A DNA stretch of 64,000 nt from Eledone cirrhosa (GCA_964016885.1 OZ024740.1:236530001-236594000); one strand, 5' to 3'. Counted from the first letter of the stretch, positions 1 to 13,247 are shown. The notes: a model not told the origin generated them from the sequence alone. Numbers and translations: made by a program.

Positions 1-323
1 GAGGATGATGATATATTCAGCTTGTTCAATTTTTAAACAAATGAAATAGCTGTATGGTTAGACAACTGAACATATAATCATTCTTGCCTTACTAAATATT
101 TGTTGTATTATTTCTCTAAGCAACTCACACAACTTTACTTGTTCTAGTTAAGCTGACTGATCCTCATCATCATAATCATCATCATCGTTTAATGTCCATC
201 TTCCATGCTAGCATGGATATAAAATAGAATCCACTAAACTACTTCCCAGTTGAGTTGTCTCTGGTCAATTTACCAACAAATAAACAATTTAAGCCAGTGA
301 AAATGGAATTTATATATATATAT
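1..323 (+). repeat. Near-identical duplicate of intronic segment 16910-17250
   Basis: Matches 16910-17250 base for base except an 8-bp indel (cagttgtt) and (TA)n length. The 16910 copy lies beside the acceptor of exon 16611-16850, so a further exon copy probably lies just left of the window. Confidence 0.9.
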
Positions 324-794
324 ACGAGCAGAGACATCTGAAATATAAAGGTAGATATATTCAACTGGTTAAATTTATAAGTAAATGTAAGTTTCAATTG
401 TTAGACTATATAGTAATTCTAACCTTACTAAACATCGGTTTTGTTATTTCCCTGAGCAAGATACACAATTTTACTTGCTCTAGTTAGGCAGACTGATATA
501 CAATGGGTAACACTACCTACTTAACAGTTGAGAAGTCAATTTTTTCAACAAATAAAGAATCCCAACCATGTAACCTAAGAAAGGTGAATATATATGTATG
601 AACACAAAATTGTATGGTAAAAGGAGGCTGAAGTGTTAGTTATATATTTGTCTCATTGTTTTTCTGTATGCTTTTTTTCTGCTGATCATATTGGGGACTA
701 TAAAATCACATTGAGCTTTAAAATGCTATTTGCCTTTATATGGTTATATTATCAACTAATTTCAACTTCTTTATATATGTATATATATATACAG

Positions 795-3700
795 ATTCTA
801 CGAGACACTGATGCTCGCTACCTCCCAAATAACCAACAGTGACTATATAGTTATTGCAGGCGACCTAAATGGTTACGTTGGACAGCATTGTGACGGCTAT
901 GACGGAATCCATGGAGGCTATGGGTTCGGTACTAGAAATGAGGAAGGCTCCAGAATCCTGGAATTCTGCGACGCAAATAACTTAACTATCTGTAACACTA
1001 ACTTCAAAAAACGAGACAATCACTTGATCACCTATAGATCGGGGGAACACACAAGCCAGCTAGATTATATCCTTACCAGAAGACGTGACAGAGTGTCTGT
1101 TGTTAACACTAAATCCCTCCCCCATGAAGAATTCACCTCCCAACATAGACTGATAATTAGCGACCTCATAGTCAGCACGAGACGTACTAGACAGCGGAAG
1201 AGGACTATCCTCAGGAGAAAAATATGGAAGCTAAAGGACCCCATAGCCAGAAATAAATTTCAAAGCATATTACTTGACGCTTTCGACAGTAAGGAAGAGC
1301 AATTAGAGTCGTATAATATAGAGGAACAGTGGGAATTCCTGAGAGCAAACCTGCTGACGGCAGCAGACGAAGTCTGTGGCTGGAGCAGGCCTGTAGGTAG
1401 GAGGAGAGTAACATGGTGGTGGAACAGTAAGGTGGAGGAGTCAATTAAGGCCAAAAAGCAGGCTTGGAAAGCATGGCGGGATGGGGGAAGTAGAGAAGAC
1501 TATCAGGTGGCCAGGAGGGAAGCTAGGAGACAAGTGTACTTCGCAAGAAGGGAAGCAGAGGAAAGAAAGTTCAAGCATGTTCTACAACGTGAGGACCAAA
1601 AACGTGAGGTGTTCAGGATTGCCAGGCAATGTGTCAAGGAAAACCGTGATATTGTCGGGGAGAAGTGTGTACTTAACGATGATGGCATACTTGCCATCAC
1701 CGACGCTGATAAGAAGGTAGCTTGGAAGTGTCACTACTAAAGGCTTCTAAATGAGGAGAACAAATGGGAGAAAGACAGTCTCCCCCACATCGACCCAATA
1801 GAGGGACCAGCAGTGTTAGTCCAGGGTAGTACAATAAGCAAGGCAATCAAAGATATGAAGACGGGTAAGGCGGCTGGTCCTTCGGAAATAGTTGCTGAGA
1901 TGCTGAAGACATCTGGTTCGGTGGGATACACCATGGTCACCCGGATAGTTAACCAAGTCGTACAGAATGGGGTTGTTCCGAAGGACTGGCGTAGCAGCAT
2001 CATCGTTAACTGCTATAAGGGAAAAGGAGATGCCCTAGATAGGAGTAACTATAGAGGCATTAAATTAATCGACCAGGTCATGAAGGTCACGGAAAAAGTA
2101 ATAGCGCAACTAATCAGAGAGAGAATTGATCTAGATGAAATGCAGTTCGGATTTGTGTCAGGCAAAAGTACCACAGACGCTCTTTTCATAGTACGACAAC
2201 TACAGGAGAAGTACCTAGCTAAAAGTAAACCCCTATACTTAGCTTTCGTCGACTTGAAGAAAGCCTTCGACAGAGTCCCCCATTCCATTATCTGGTGGTC
2301 TCTTAGAAAACTAGGTGTTGACGAATGGCTTGTGAGAGCTATACAAGCCATGTATAAAGAAACAGTCAGTAAGGTTAGAATTAACAACGAATATAGTGAA
2401 GAGTTTAGCGTAAAAGTTGGTGTCCATCAGGGCTCTGTTCTTAGCCCCCTACTATTTATTATTGCCCTTCAGGCTATAACAGAGGAGTTCAAGACCGGCT
2501 GCCCATGGGAACTCCTATACGCAGATGATCTAACGCTCATAGCTGAATCAATGACCGAACTAGAGAAGAAATTCCAAACATGGAAGCACGGCCTAGAATC
2601 AAAAGGCCTTAAAATTAACCTGGCTAAGACTAAAGTTCTAGTTTGTAGGAAAGAAAATATGGCGGCAGTCCCATCTGGGAAATGGCCATGCTCAGTGTGT
2701 AGGAAAGGCGTAGGTAGAAACTCCATTTTATGTCCCAAATGCAAAGTATGGGTGCATAAAAGATGTAGTGGGATCACAGGTAAGCTAACTAAGAACATAG
2801 ATTTTACATGTGGCCGGTGCTCTGGTGCAATAAGTAGCAGCAAGTGCCCACAAAATACTAGCTCCTTCAACTGCGCAGAGGGTTCTATAGAAATAGTGGA
2901 CAGCTTCCGTTACCTGGGTGACAAAATCAGCAGTGGGGGAGGGTGCTCTGAAAGTACAGTAGCTAGAGTCAGAACTGGATGGAAAAAGTTCAGAGAGCTT
3001 ATACCACTATTAGCCGCTAGAGGGTTCTCCCTAAAAATGAAAGGCAGGTTATACGATGCCTGCATACGAACAGCAATGCTGCATGGCAGTGAGACCTGGG
3101 CATTGTGTGCAGAGGATATACGCAGACTAGAGAGGAACGAAGCTTGCATGCTCCGCTGGATGTGCAATAGTAATATACGTGAACGGCAAAGCATAAACGA
3201 ACTAAGGAAAAAATTAGAAATAAGAGGGATCAGATGTTGTTTACTCGAGAGAAGGCTACGTTGGTACGGTCACGTGATGCGCATGAAAGACGACAGCTGT
3301 ATAACAAAGTGCAGGGCAATAAAGATAGACGGTAGCCACGGAGTAGGCAGACCCAGAAAAACATGGGACGAGCTGATAAATTCCGACCTCACACGCTTAC
3401 ACCTCTCCAAGACAATGTCACTGGACCGAGACCTTTGGCGGTACTCAGTAATAGAGAAGACCCGCCTTACCTAAATACAAAGTAAAAACCTACTACAGTC
3501 AGTAGGCATCTCTATCGAAACACCCCCCCGTGTCACCACCTCCACCCCATCCACGCCGCCCCTTTCAATGTACAGTTATGTTGGTCCCACAACATCCAGG
3601 CCGAAACAAATGAGATCGTGTAGGTGTCACGACAAAAAACACACAGTCCACGCTGTAAATGTGGCCGTGTAGGCAACACGGTAAAAACCTCCCAGCCCCA

Positions 3701-3982
3701 CACTGTAAATGTGGTTGGTGTTAGGAAGGGCATCCAGCTGTAGAAAACCCGCCAGACAGTCCACGCTGTAATGTGGCCGTGTAGGCAACACGGTAAAAAC
3801 CTCCCAGCCCCACACTGTAAATGTGGTTGGTGTTAGGAAGGGCATCCAACTGTAGAAAACCCGCCAGACAGTCCTATGCGAGCAAGACAACCACTCTTGC
3901 CTCAAGTGGGAAAACCCCCGTCCAAACCCATGCAAGCGTGGAACACGGACGCTAAACCTGATGATGATGATGATGATGATGA
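795..3982 (+). mobile_element. RTE-clade non-LTR retrotransposon (subfamily A), 5'-truncated, young
   Basis: APE motifs (AGDLNGYVG, QLDYIL, SQHRLI), RT motifs (DLKKAFD, HQGSVLSPLLF, LLYADDL, FRYLG) and RTE C-terminus (RRLRWYGHVMRM, GRPRKTW). About 500-bp 3' UTR ending in (ATG)n; (TA)n on both flanks. Confidence 0.95.
811..3474 (+). pseudogene. RTE ORF (APE endonuclease-RT-PHD finger) broken by one nonsense codon
   Basis: ORFs 811-1740 and 1813-3474 share a frame. TAA at 1738-1740 corresponds to GAA in the sister copy (tacgaaagg at 8431). PHD at 2689-2820. Confidence 0.9.
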
Positions 3983-3990
3983 TATATATA

Positions 3991-4190
3991 CTAGAAGTAG
4001 ATGACTGGCTTGTGAAAGCTGTACAAGCCCTGTATAGGGGAGCAGTCAGCCAAGTTAGGGTTAGCAATGACTATAGCAAGGAATTTAGCATACAGGTCGG
4101 TGTCCACCAGGGCTCTGTTCTTATCCCTCTCCTGTTCATTAAGACTGGGTGCCCATGGGAACTCCTATATGCAGATGATCTCACACTTAT
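3991..4190 (+). mobile_element. Internal RTE RT fragment, near-identical to 6821-7050 with an internal deletion
   Basis: ctagaagtagatgactggcttgtgaaagctgtacaagccctg occurs at both 3991 and 6821; bounded by (TA)n. Confidence 0.85.
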
Positions 4191-4899
4191 ATATATATAT
4201 ACATATATTCATTTCAAGGTTTTTACGAAGTCAGAAACAGACTTGATTTCTGAAAGGCTAAATTGGATTACTAAAACTCCCAAACCATATCCCAGACATC
4301 CATACATACATTATTTCCAGGTATCTCTCTTCCCCAATTGCAAATGTTCTGCTCACATTATTATTGTTGCTATTTATCATTTCGCTTGCCTTCACAACGT
4401 ATATATTCTTCTACCCTGTTTTTCTCGAAGGAAACCACGTTGGCTATTATGACTCTATCTCTCTCTCTCTCTCTACGAAAGTCATCTATCCCTTATCCAT
4501 TACCTCCCTTCCTCTCTCTTTTCAAGGTTTACATTGCTAGATGAACATCTTCTAAATCCTCGCATATTCACCTTGTATAATATGCGTACTTGAACCGGAT
4601 TATTTCACCCAAATCTCCTGTGATGTTATATGCCATGATGGCTACCTATATCACAATTTACCTCCCGCCCACCCCCATACTCTATTCAACCAATCAAACC
4701 TCAGCAACATGTCCCCCACCCATTACCAACCCCAACAAACTCTGCCATTACTACTAATACTACTACTTTTCTTCTATCCCTTACCAGCCCCAACAAACCC
4801 TGCCATTATTACTTCTACTGTCCTTCTAGTCCTGATTTCTTTTACCATTATGTATTGATAAGCTGAGGTTAAATGGAACAACCCCGAATTAATAAATGA

Positions 4900-7800
4900 A
4901 TATGAATCCACGAGTTACCAAGCACCCATGCAAAGCTTTAATTTGAGACAGGAAGCATACACCCCCGTAAAAATTCACCCTTTCCCACGAATGTTGGCAA
5001 ATGCCCAAAATGCCGAGTTGGAACCATCAATGTAAGCACAATGAAAGGAAGGGCAGGAGAAATCGTAGAGATGCTAGAACGAAAGGAAATTGATGTATGC
5101 TGTGTGCAAGAGACTAGATGGACAGGAGAGTCCGCTAGAGTCCTTGTAGGCAAAAGTCAGTGCTACAAATTTTTCTGGGTGGGAAATGACAACGGGATGG
5201 GTGGTATTCTACTAGCTGACAAATGGGTAGATTAGGTAATCTCAGTGAACAGGGTGAATGCAAGAATCCTTAAACTCAGACTAGTCCTGAATAAAACAAT
5301 TGCCACAATAATATCAACTTACGTACCCCAATCGGGGTTGCCAGACGAACTTAAGGATAGGTTTTATGAGTCCCTAATGCACACTACTGCTCTAACAAAC
5401 GACAATGACTTCCTAATCATTGCAGGAGACTTTAATGGACACGTTGGTAAACACCGTGATGGCTTCTAAAGAGTCCATGGAAGCCACAGGTTCGGCACAA
5501 GAAATGAAGAAGGCTTCAGGCTTCTAGAATTCTGCGACGCCAATGACATGTCGATATGTAACACAAACTTCAAAAAACCCGACAACCATCTGATCCCCTA
5601 GAGATCAGGGGAGCATTCTAGTCAGATAGATTTTATCCTCATCAGAGGACATGATAGATGGACGGTTGTAAACACAAAAGCCTTCCCTGGTGAGGAATGT
5701 ACCTCCCAACATAACTTAGTTGTCAGCGACCTCACTGTCAGAACTAGATGAACTTGGAGACAGAAGGCAACCTGGAGAAGAAAGATCTGGAAGCTGAAAG
5801 ACCCCTCAGCCAGTAACAGATTTAAAGATGTTTTACTTAACGCCTATGACAGTAAAGAAGAACAGATAGAGACATTCAATGTAGAAGAGGACTGAAAGCG
5901 ACGGACGAGATCTGTGGTTGGAGCAAGACCACAGGGAGGAGGAGAGTGACTTGGTGGTGGAACAATAAGGTAGATGAAGCAGTTATGGCTAAGAGACAGG
6001 CATGGAAAGAATGGAAGAACGGGGGAAGCAGGGTACATTAGATAGAGACCAGGAGGGAAGCTAAGCAACAAGTATACTTAGCTAGAAGGGAAGCGGAGGA
6101 TAGAAAATTCAAGAATGTTTTGCAGCATGAGGACCAGAAACAGGAGGTGTTCAAGATTGAGAGGCAGTGTGTCAGAGAGAATTATGATGTCATTGGAGAG
6201 AAGTGAATCTGGAATGATAAAGGTGAGCTTGCCCTCATAAGTGCTGAGAATAAAGATGCGTGGAAGCCATTATGAAAGACTACTAAATGAGGAGAATGCA
6301 TGGGAAAAAGAGACCCTACCCCAAGTGGACCCTATAGAGGGGCCAGCAGTACAAGTCAGCAGCAGCGTAGTAAGTAAGGTAATCAAAGATATGAAGACAG
6401 AGAAGGCAACCGGTCCATCGGGTATAGCTGCTGAGATGCTGAAGGCATCTGAGTCGGTAGGTTACACCATAACCACATGTATTGTTAACCAGGTAATAGT
6501 AGAGGGTGTCATATCAAAGGATTGGTGCAGCAGCATCATTGTCAACTGCTATAAGGATAAAGGTAATGCACTAGATAGAGGAAACTATAGAGGTATAAAG
6601 CTGATGGACTAGGTCACAGTTGATTAGGGACCGGTAAAACTAGATGAGATGCAATTTGGGTTTGTGCTAGGAAAAGGCACCACTGATACCCCCTTCCTTA
6701 TGAGGCAGTTACAGGAAAAGAACCTAGCTAAAAGTAAGCCGCTCTACCTGGCATTTGTCGATCTGGAAAAAAGCCTTCAACAGAGTCCCCCGTGCTATAA
6801 TCTGGTGGGCTCTTAGAAAACTAGAAGTAGATGACTGGCTTGTGAAAGCTGTACAAGCCCTGTATAGGCGAGCAGTCAGCAAAGTTAGGATTAGCAATGA
6901 CTATAGCGAGGAATTTAGCATACAGGTCGGTGTCCACCAGGGCTCTGTTCTTAGCCCTCTTCTGTTCATTATAGTATTGCAGGCAATAACAGAGGAGTTT
7001 AAGACTGGATGCCCATGCGTACTCCTATATGCGGATGATCTCACACTTATAGCCGAATCTATAGTGGAACTAGAGAAGAAATTCCAAAAATGGAAGGGGG
7101 ACTAGAAAGAAAGGGTCTCAAAGTCAACCTGACAAAGACTAAGGTCCTCGTAAGTAGACGAGAAAACAGAACCCAGATCCCCTCAGGGAAATGGCCTTTC
7201 TCAGTATGTAGGAAAGGTGTAGGTAGGAACTCCATCCTCTGCCCCAAATGCAAACAATGGGTACACAAGAGATGTAGTGGGATTTCAGGAAGCTTAACTA
7301 AGAAGCTTCACATGTAGCAGCTGCACTGGGACAGCAAGCAGCAAACGACCACAGGAAACAAGCACCACCAAACTCTGGGAGGGCTCTGTAGAAACAGTAG
7401 ACAGCTTCTGCTACTTAGGTGACCAAATTAGCAGCGGAGGTGGGTGTTCAGAAAGTGCAATAACTATGTTAAGAACTGGATGGAAGAAGGTCAGGAAGCT
7501 ACTGCCACTGCTAGCTGCAAAAGGCTTTTCCTTCAAAATGAAAGGCAGACTGAATGATGCCATTATACGAACAGCAATGTTACATGGTAGTGAGACCTGG
7601 GCGCTGACTGTAGAACACTTGTGTAGATTAGAAAGGAATGAAGCTTACATGCTCTGATGGATGTGTAATAGTAATATACACAAATGGCAAAGCATAAACG
7701 AATTGAGAGAGAGACTGAGCATAAGGGGAATCAAGTGCTGTGTGCAGGAGAGGAGGTTGCATTGGTATGGTCATGTGATGCATATGAAGGATGACAGCTG

Positions 7801-8296
7801 CATAAAAAGTTGCAGAGCACTAGAAGTCGATGGAAGCCGTGGAGTGGGGAGACCCAAGAAGACCTGGGATGAGGTGATAAAAGCCGACCTTACCCAATTG
7901 CACCTCTCAAAGGTGATGACATACAACCGTGACCTCTGGGCATCACGCAGTAATACAGAAGACCCGACTTCCCACGGGTACAAGCCGAAGCTGAAGCATA
8001 TAGAAAATATGCCCGTCACCCTCTCCCACTGCAAAGTGGTCGTGGAGGTGCCACACAAAAAAGCACCCAGTTCACACTGTAATGTGGACGTGTAGGCGCC
8101 ACGGCAAAAAAACACCCAGTCCACAGTATAAATGAGGTTGGTGTTAAGAAGGGCGTCCAGCTGTAGAAATCAAGCCAGAATCAGTTCCCGTATGAGCAAG
8201 ACAAGGTCAGCCGACCGGACACTACCCACAAGAGAACATCCCGTCTAACCCATGTTAGCGTGGAAGAACGGACGTAAAACAGTGATGATGATGATG
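4900..8296 (+). mobile_element. RTE LINE (subfamily A-related), near full length, decayed
   Basis: N-terminal APE (VGTINVSTMKGR..CCVQETRW), RT, PHD and C-terminal motifs across ORF pieces with stops and frameshifts; 3' UTR ends (ATG)n then (TA)n. 5' boundary approximate. Confidence 0.9.
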
Positions 8297-8316
8297 ATAT
8301 ATATATATATATATAC

Positions 8317-8351
<35 letters not shown>

Positions 8352-8358
8352 AATGTAA

Positions 8359-10515
8359 TCGTGTGTCCTTAATGATGATGGTGTACTTGCCATCACTGAC
8401 GCTGATAAGAAGGTAGCTTGGAAGTGTCACTACGAAAGGCTACTAAATGAGGAGAATAAATGGGAGAAAGACAGTCTCCCCCACATCGATCCAATAGAGG
8501 GACCAGCAGTGCAAGTTGAAGGTAGTATAATAAGTAAGGCGATCAAAGACATGAAGACAGGCAAGGCGGCTGGGCCTTCGGAAATAGTTGCTGAAAGCAT
8601 CTGCAATGGTGGGACACACTATGGTAGTAAACCATGTCATACAGAATGGGGTCGTTCCGAAGGACTGGCGCAGCAGCATCATCATTAACTGCTCCAAGGG
8701 TAAAGGAGATGCCCTAGATAGGGGAAACTATAGAGGCATTAAATTAATTGACCAGGTCATGAAGGTCACAGAAAAAGTAACAGCGCAACTAATCAGAGAG
8801 CGAATTGATCTAGATAAAATGCAGTTCGGGTTTGTGTCAGGTAAAAGTACAACAGACGCCCTTTTCATTGTATGATAACTACAGGAGAAGTACCTAGCTA
8901 AAAGTAAACCCCTATACTTAGCTTTTGTTGACTTGGAGAAAGCCTTTGACAGAGTACCCCGCTCGATTATCTGGTGGGCCCTTAGAAAACTAGGTGTTGA
9001 TGAATGGCTTGTGAGAGCTATACAAGCCATGTATAAAGAAACAGTCAGCAAGGTTAGAATTAACAACGAATATAGTGAAGAGTTTAGCGTAAAAGTTGGT
9101 GTTCATCAGGGCTCCGTCCTTAGCCCCCTACTATTTATTATTGCCCTTCAGGCTATAACAGAGGAGTTCAAGACCGGCTGCCCATGGGAACTTCTATACG
9201 CAGATGATCTAACGCTCATAGCTGAATCAATGGCTGAACTAGAGAAGAAATTCCAAACATGGAAGCATGGCCTAGAATCAAAAGGCCTTAAAATTAACCT
9301 GTCTAAGACTAAAGTTCTAGTTCGTAGGAAGGAAAATAGGGCACTGGTCCCATCTGGGAAATGGCCATGCTCAGTGTGTAGGAAAGGAGTAGGCAGAAAC
9401 TCCATTTTATGTTCCAAAAGCAAAGTATGGGTGCATAAAAGATGTAGTGGGATCACAGGTAAGCTAACTAAAAATATAGATTTTATATGTGGCCGGTGCT
9501 CAGGTGCAATAAGTAGCAGCAAGTGCCCACAAAATACTAGCTCATTCCATTGCACAGATGGTTCTATAGAAATAGTGGACACCTTCCGTTACCTGGGTGA
9601 CAAAATCAGCAGTGGTGGAGGGTGCTCTAAAAGTACAGTAGCTAGAGTCAGAACGGGATGGAAAAAGTTCAGAGAGCTTATACCACTATTGGCCGCTAAA
9701 GGGTTCTCTCTAAAAATGAAAGGCAGGCTGTATGATGCCTGCATACGAACAGCGATGTTACATGGCAGTGAGACATGGGTATTGTGTGCAGAGGATATAC
9801 GCAGACTGGAGAGGAACAAAGCTTGCATGCTCCGTTGGATGTGTAATAGTAATATACGTGAACGGCAAAGCATAAATGAACTAAGGGAGAAATTAGGAAT
9901 AAGAGGAATCAGATGTTGTTTACTCGAGAGAAGACTACGTTGGTATGGTCACGTGATGCGCATGAAAGACGACAGCTGTATAAAAAAGTGCAGGGCGATA
10001 AAAATAGACGGTAGCCACGGAGTAGGCAGACCCAGAAAAACCTGGGACAATTTGATAAATTCTGACCTCACACACTTACACCTCTCCAAGACAATGTCAC
10101 TGGACCGAGATCTTTGGCGCTACACAGTAATACAGAAGACCTGCCTTGCCTAAGTACAAAGCGAAACCTACAGTCAGTAGGCACCTCTAACAAAAATACA
10201 CCCCCCGTTCGCACCACCACCACCCCATCCAAAGTTATGTTGGTACCACAACATCCAGTCCGAAATAAATGATGTTGTGTAGGTGTCACGACAAAAAAAC
10301 ACAGTCCACGCTGTAATGTGGCCGTGTAGGTAACACGGTAATAACCTCCCAGTCCACACAGTAAACGTGGTTGGTGTTAGGAAGGGCATCCAGCTGTAGA
10401 CAGTCCTACACAAGCAAGAAAACCAATCTTGCCTCAAGTGGGAAAACTCCCGTCCAAACCCATGCACACGTGGAAGATGGACGTTAAACGATGATGATGA
10501 TGATGATGATGATGA
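8359..10515 (+). mobile_element. RTE LINE (subfamily A), 5'-truncated
   Basis: ORFs 8588-8875 and 8933-10153 closely match 1813-3474; (ATG)n tail; starts directly after (TA)n. Confidence 0.95.
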
Positions 10516-12560
10516 TAAATCTGTGTTTTTCAAATATCAATAATATATATATATATCAATATAATAATAAGTTGACACACCCAGTGTATTTAACAATGCC
10601 AGGACTGGTTGTGTATATATACATATATACATATATATATATATACTTGGGGAGGGTCATATTTGTGTAATAATATTGCCAGAATTAATAACAGAACACA
10701 CTCACTGTTTGGTTGGTTTTCGCTTCTGTGTCTTTTATATCGGTTAATTTAATTTATTCGGTCCTCAATGATACCATTGACTGACCAAGTACCCTCTGGA
10801 CATCTTATGCTATAGACTACGTTTCTAGTTTTACAGTTTATCCGGGGGTTTACTTTACATATAATACATTTCCTATTAGTACAGTGGGTTTTCTTAAAAG
10901 GGTAGGTTTTGCTGATCAGGGATTTTATGGTGGTTCCTGGCTTTTCTACCACCTTAATCTTTAAGTGGGTCTTTCTCTGGGCCTTTCTACACTGGTTAGC
11001 TAATTTCCCTCCAGGGGTAGCATCCACAAACATGACACTCTGGTATCTCTGGTTGTCGTACCATGAGTTGGCTTTCCCTATCTTATGTCTAGTCCTATCT
11101 AAGCTATTCCATGATTTGCTCCTGTATAATGGGCAAATTCCTTTCATGTCCAGTTCTATGAGGGTCTTATACTTCTCCGTGGCTCCTTCGTATACTCTGA
11201 TTCTGTCTCTTTGGTTGTAGCCAGAGAACTGCATGCGGTTGATGAAGTGTTGGATGTGTCTTTCCATTTCTGTTGGGTCGAACATGCAGGACACGTTCTT
11301 CATCACTCGTACCAAGTCTGCGATCAGAATATTAAACTTAGCACTACTGGACATTGCTGAGTTTTTGAGTATCAGGTATTTGGAGGCCATGGGTTTAGCA
11401 TAGTGTGAGTGGAGAATTTGGGCTCTCTCGTCTATAGTGTTAATCCAGAGTTCTGTGTCTAATACAGGTAGTCTATTGTTAGGGTGTTTGGAAGGGTAGT
11501 CGATAGTTACAGTTATACTCTGGTGTATAGAATTAGCTATCTGCTGGATGCTTTCCATTGTGCTACGTTCTAAATCAAACTTGTTAGTGCTCTCTTGTGG
11601 GGATGTCCTTATTACTATATTAATGTCGTCTACGTAACGAGAGTACATGATGAGGTCTATGGAGCTCTCATCAAGGAGATCTTTCAGTCTCCTTTCCCAC
11701 CATACCATAAAAAGGTTGGCAACGTCACCAGCTATGCTGACGCCAATGGCTGCTCCCTCATTTTGGGTGTAGATCTTCTAGTTGAACTTGAATATGTGGC
11801 CCTTTAGGGTAGTTTTGATACTAGCCCCTATTGCATGTGCGACCATTTTTCTTACCTGATCATTGTTTTGGGGGGTCCGTATAGCTTTGGTCCACCCAAT
11901 CCACCTTCCCATGGGAGTCTTTTTTGCCATTGAGGTTATGGTGGGGGGGGGTCTACCTCTTATGGGTCTACTGGGGCAGAAACGTCTAAGGTCATGGCTG
12001 TCTAGGTAGTCAGTGTCGTAGGTAAGTCTAAGTAGGAGGCCCAGTCGTCTGTGTCGACATCGCAGAACTCCACCTCACTCTCAATGATCATCTCCACACA
12101 TTTTTCCACAGCAAAATCAATGTTAATGGATGGGTACAGTGATACCACATCCATACTGCCTATTATGCAGTTGGATAGGTTCCTGTTTTTGTTGCACTCA
12201 CTGATTCTGCTGAGGAGGTCCTCTGTACTGTCACATACATCTGGGGATATCTTGATTATGGGGTATATAACCATTGAGAGGAAGTAGGAGATCCTGTAGT
12301 TGCTAGCTATATTTGCTCCGCATACAGGTCTTGTTGGTGGTCCTGTTGTCGGGTCGTCGACTGTCTTGTGGTCTTTGCGGAGCCCATACAAGGGTGGTAT
12401 GCCATTGTTAGACGCCTGTAAGTTGTTGGCAGTGCGTCTGCTTGGCTTTAGGATGTCGGTCCACATCATCATGTGAGGATTGAGGATTTTCTCTCTCCCA
12501 TCATGTATTTGCTGTGCAATTTCGCTCGTGTTGGTGATGTGGGGTTGCATAGTCTTGATG

Positions 12561-12895
12561 TAGAAACGTAGTCTATAGCATAAGATGTACAGAGGGTACT
12601 TGCAGAAACATGACAACAATATACATAGGCGAGACAGCTCGTAGCCAAGGTGAAAGGATAGACCAACACTGGGGGGGTGGGGGTTGGGGGCGACTAAAAG
12701 GACGAAAAAACGGTTCAGTACTATAGGAACATGCCAGACAACAACACAACGGTAACATAGACAACATAGAAGTTAGAATAATATCTAAACATAGAAATGA
12801 CCCAGCAGATAGGCAAATCAGAGAGGCTAGTCAGTGAAATAGAACTTAGAAGGCCAAGGCTAAACAGAAAAAATGAATGGAATAACAACAACACC
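12561..12895 (+). pseudogene. GIY-YIG endonuclease C-terminal half of the Penelope-like element (inverted copy)
   Basis: Plus strand reads RNVVYSIRCTEGTCRNMTTIYIGETARSQGERIDQH...EHARQQH...RQIREA...RLNRKNEW with frameshifts and a stop; not shown in the ORF track. Confidence 0.85.
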
Positions 12896-12925
12896 CAAAC
12901 AAACAACACTGACCTAAGAGAAGTA

Positions 12926-12956
<31 letters not shown>

Positions 12957-13176
12957 ATACATACACAAGCACAATAACAACAAACACATATAAACACACA
13001 CTAGTAAACTAAGATAGAATACATTAACCAATACACAGTCAACCAAACAAGAACACACATCAAACAAAACACTATACACACACGCAAACGCATGTGCAGA
13101 GAAGACAAAAAAATAAACAAATAAATAAATAAACAGACTAAATAAAGATGGCGTAGGCATACAATACAACGGGAGG

Positions 13177-13247
13177 AAACATAATAGCACCACTGACGAT
13201 GTTGCAGATGTGCAACGAAAGAACTTCGTTAGACTATATATGTGTTT
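13177..13247 (+). ncRNA. Hammerhead ribozyme remnant (type I) in the PLE 3' UTR
   Basis: CTGACGA 13193-13199, stem II GTTGCA/TGCAAC, GAAA 13217-13220, minimal stem III GAAC-TT; proximal stem I mismatched. Confidence 0.55.

Noticed and set aside
2049-3194. Antisense ORFs over RTE copies
   Set aside because: Shadow frames of the RT coding sequence
3640-3872. Spaced repeats resembling a CRISPR array
   Set aside because: Tandem duplication in a LINE 3' UTR; no unique spacers or cas genes; eukaryotic context
10749-12895. Selenocysteine-type Naiad ORF
   Set aside because: Linker cysteines are ordinary Cys codons; no convincing in-frame UGA or SECIS seen
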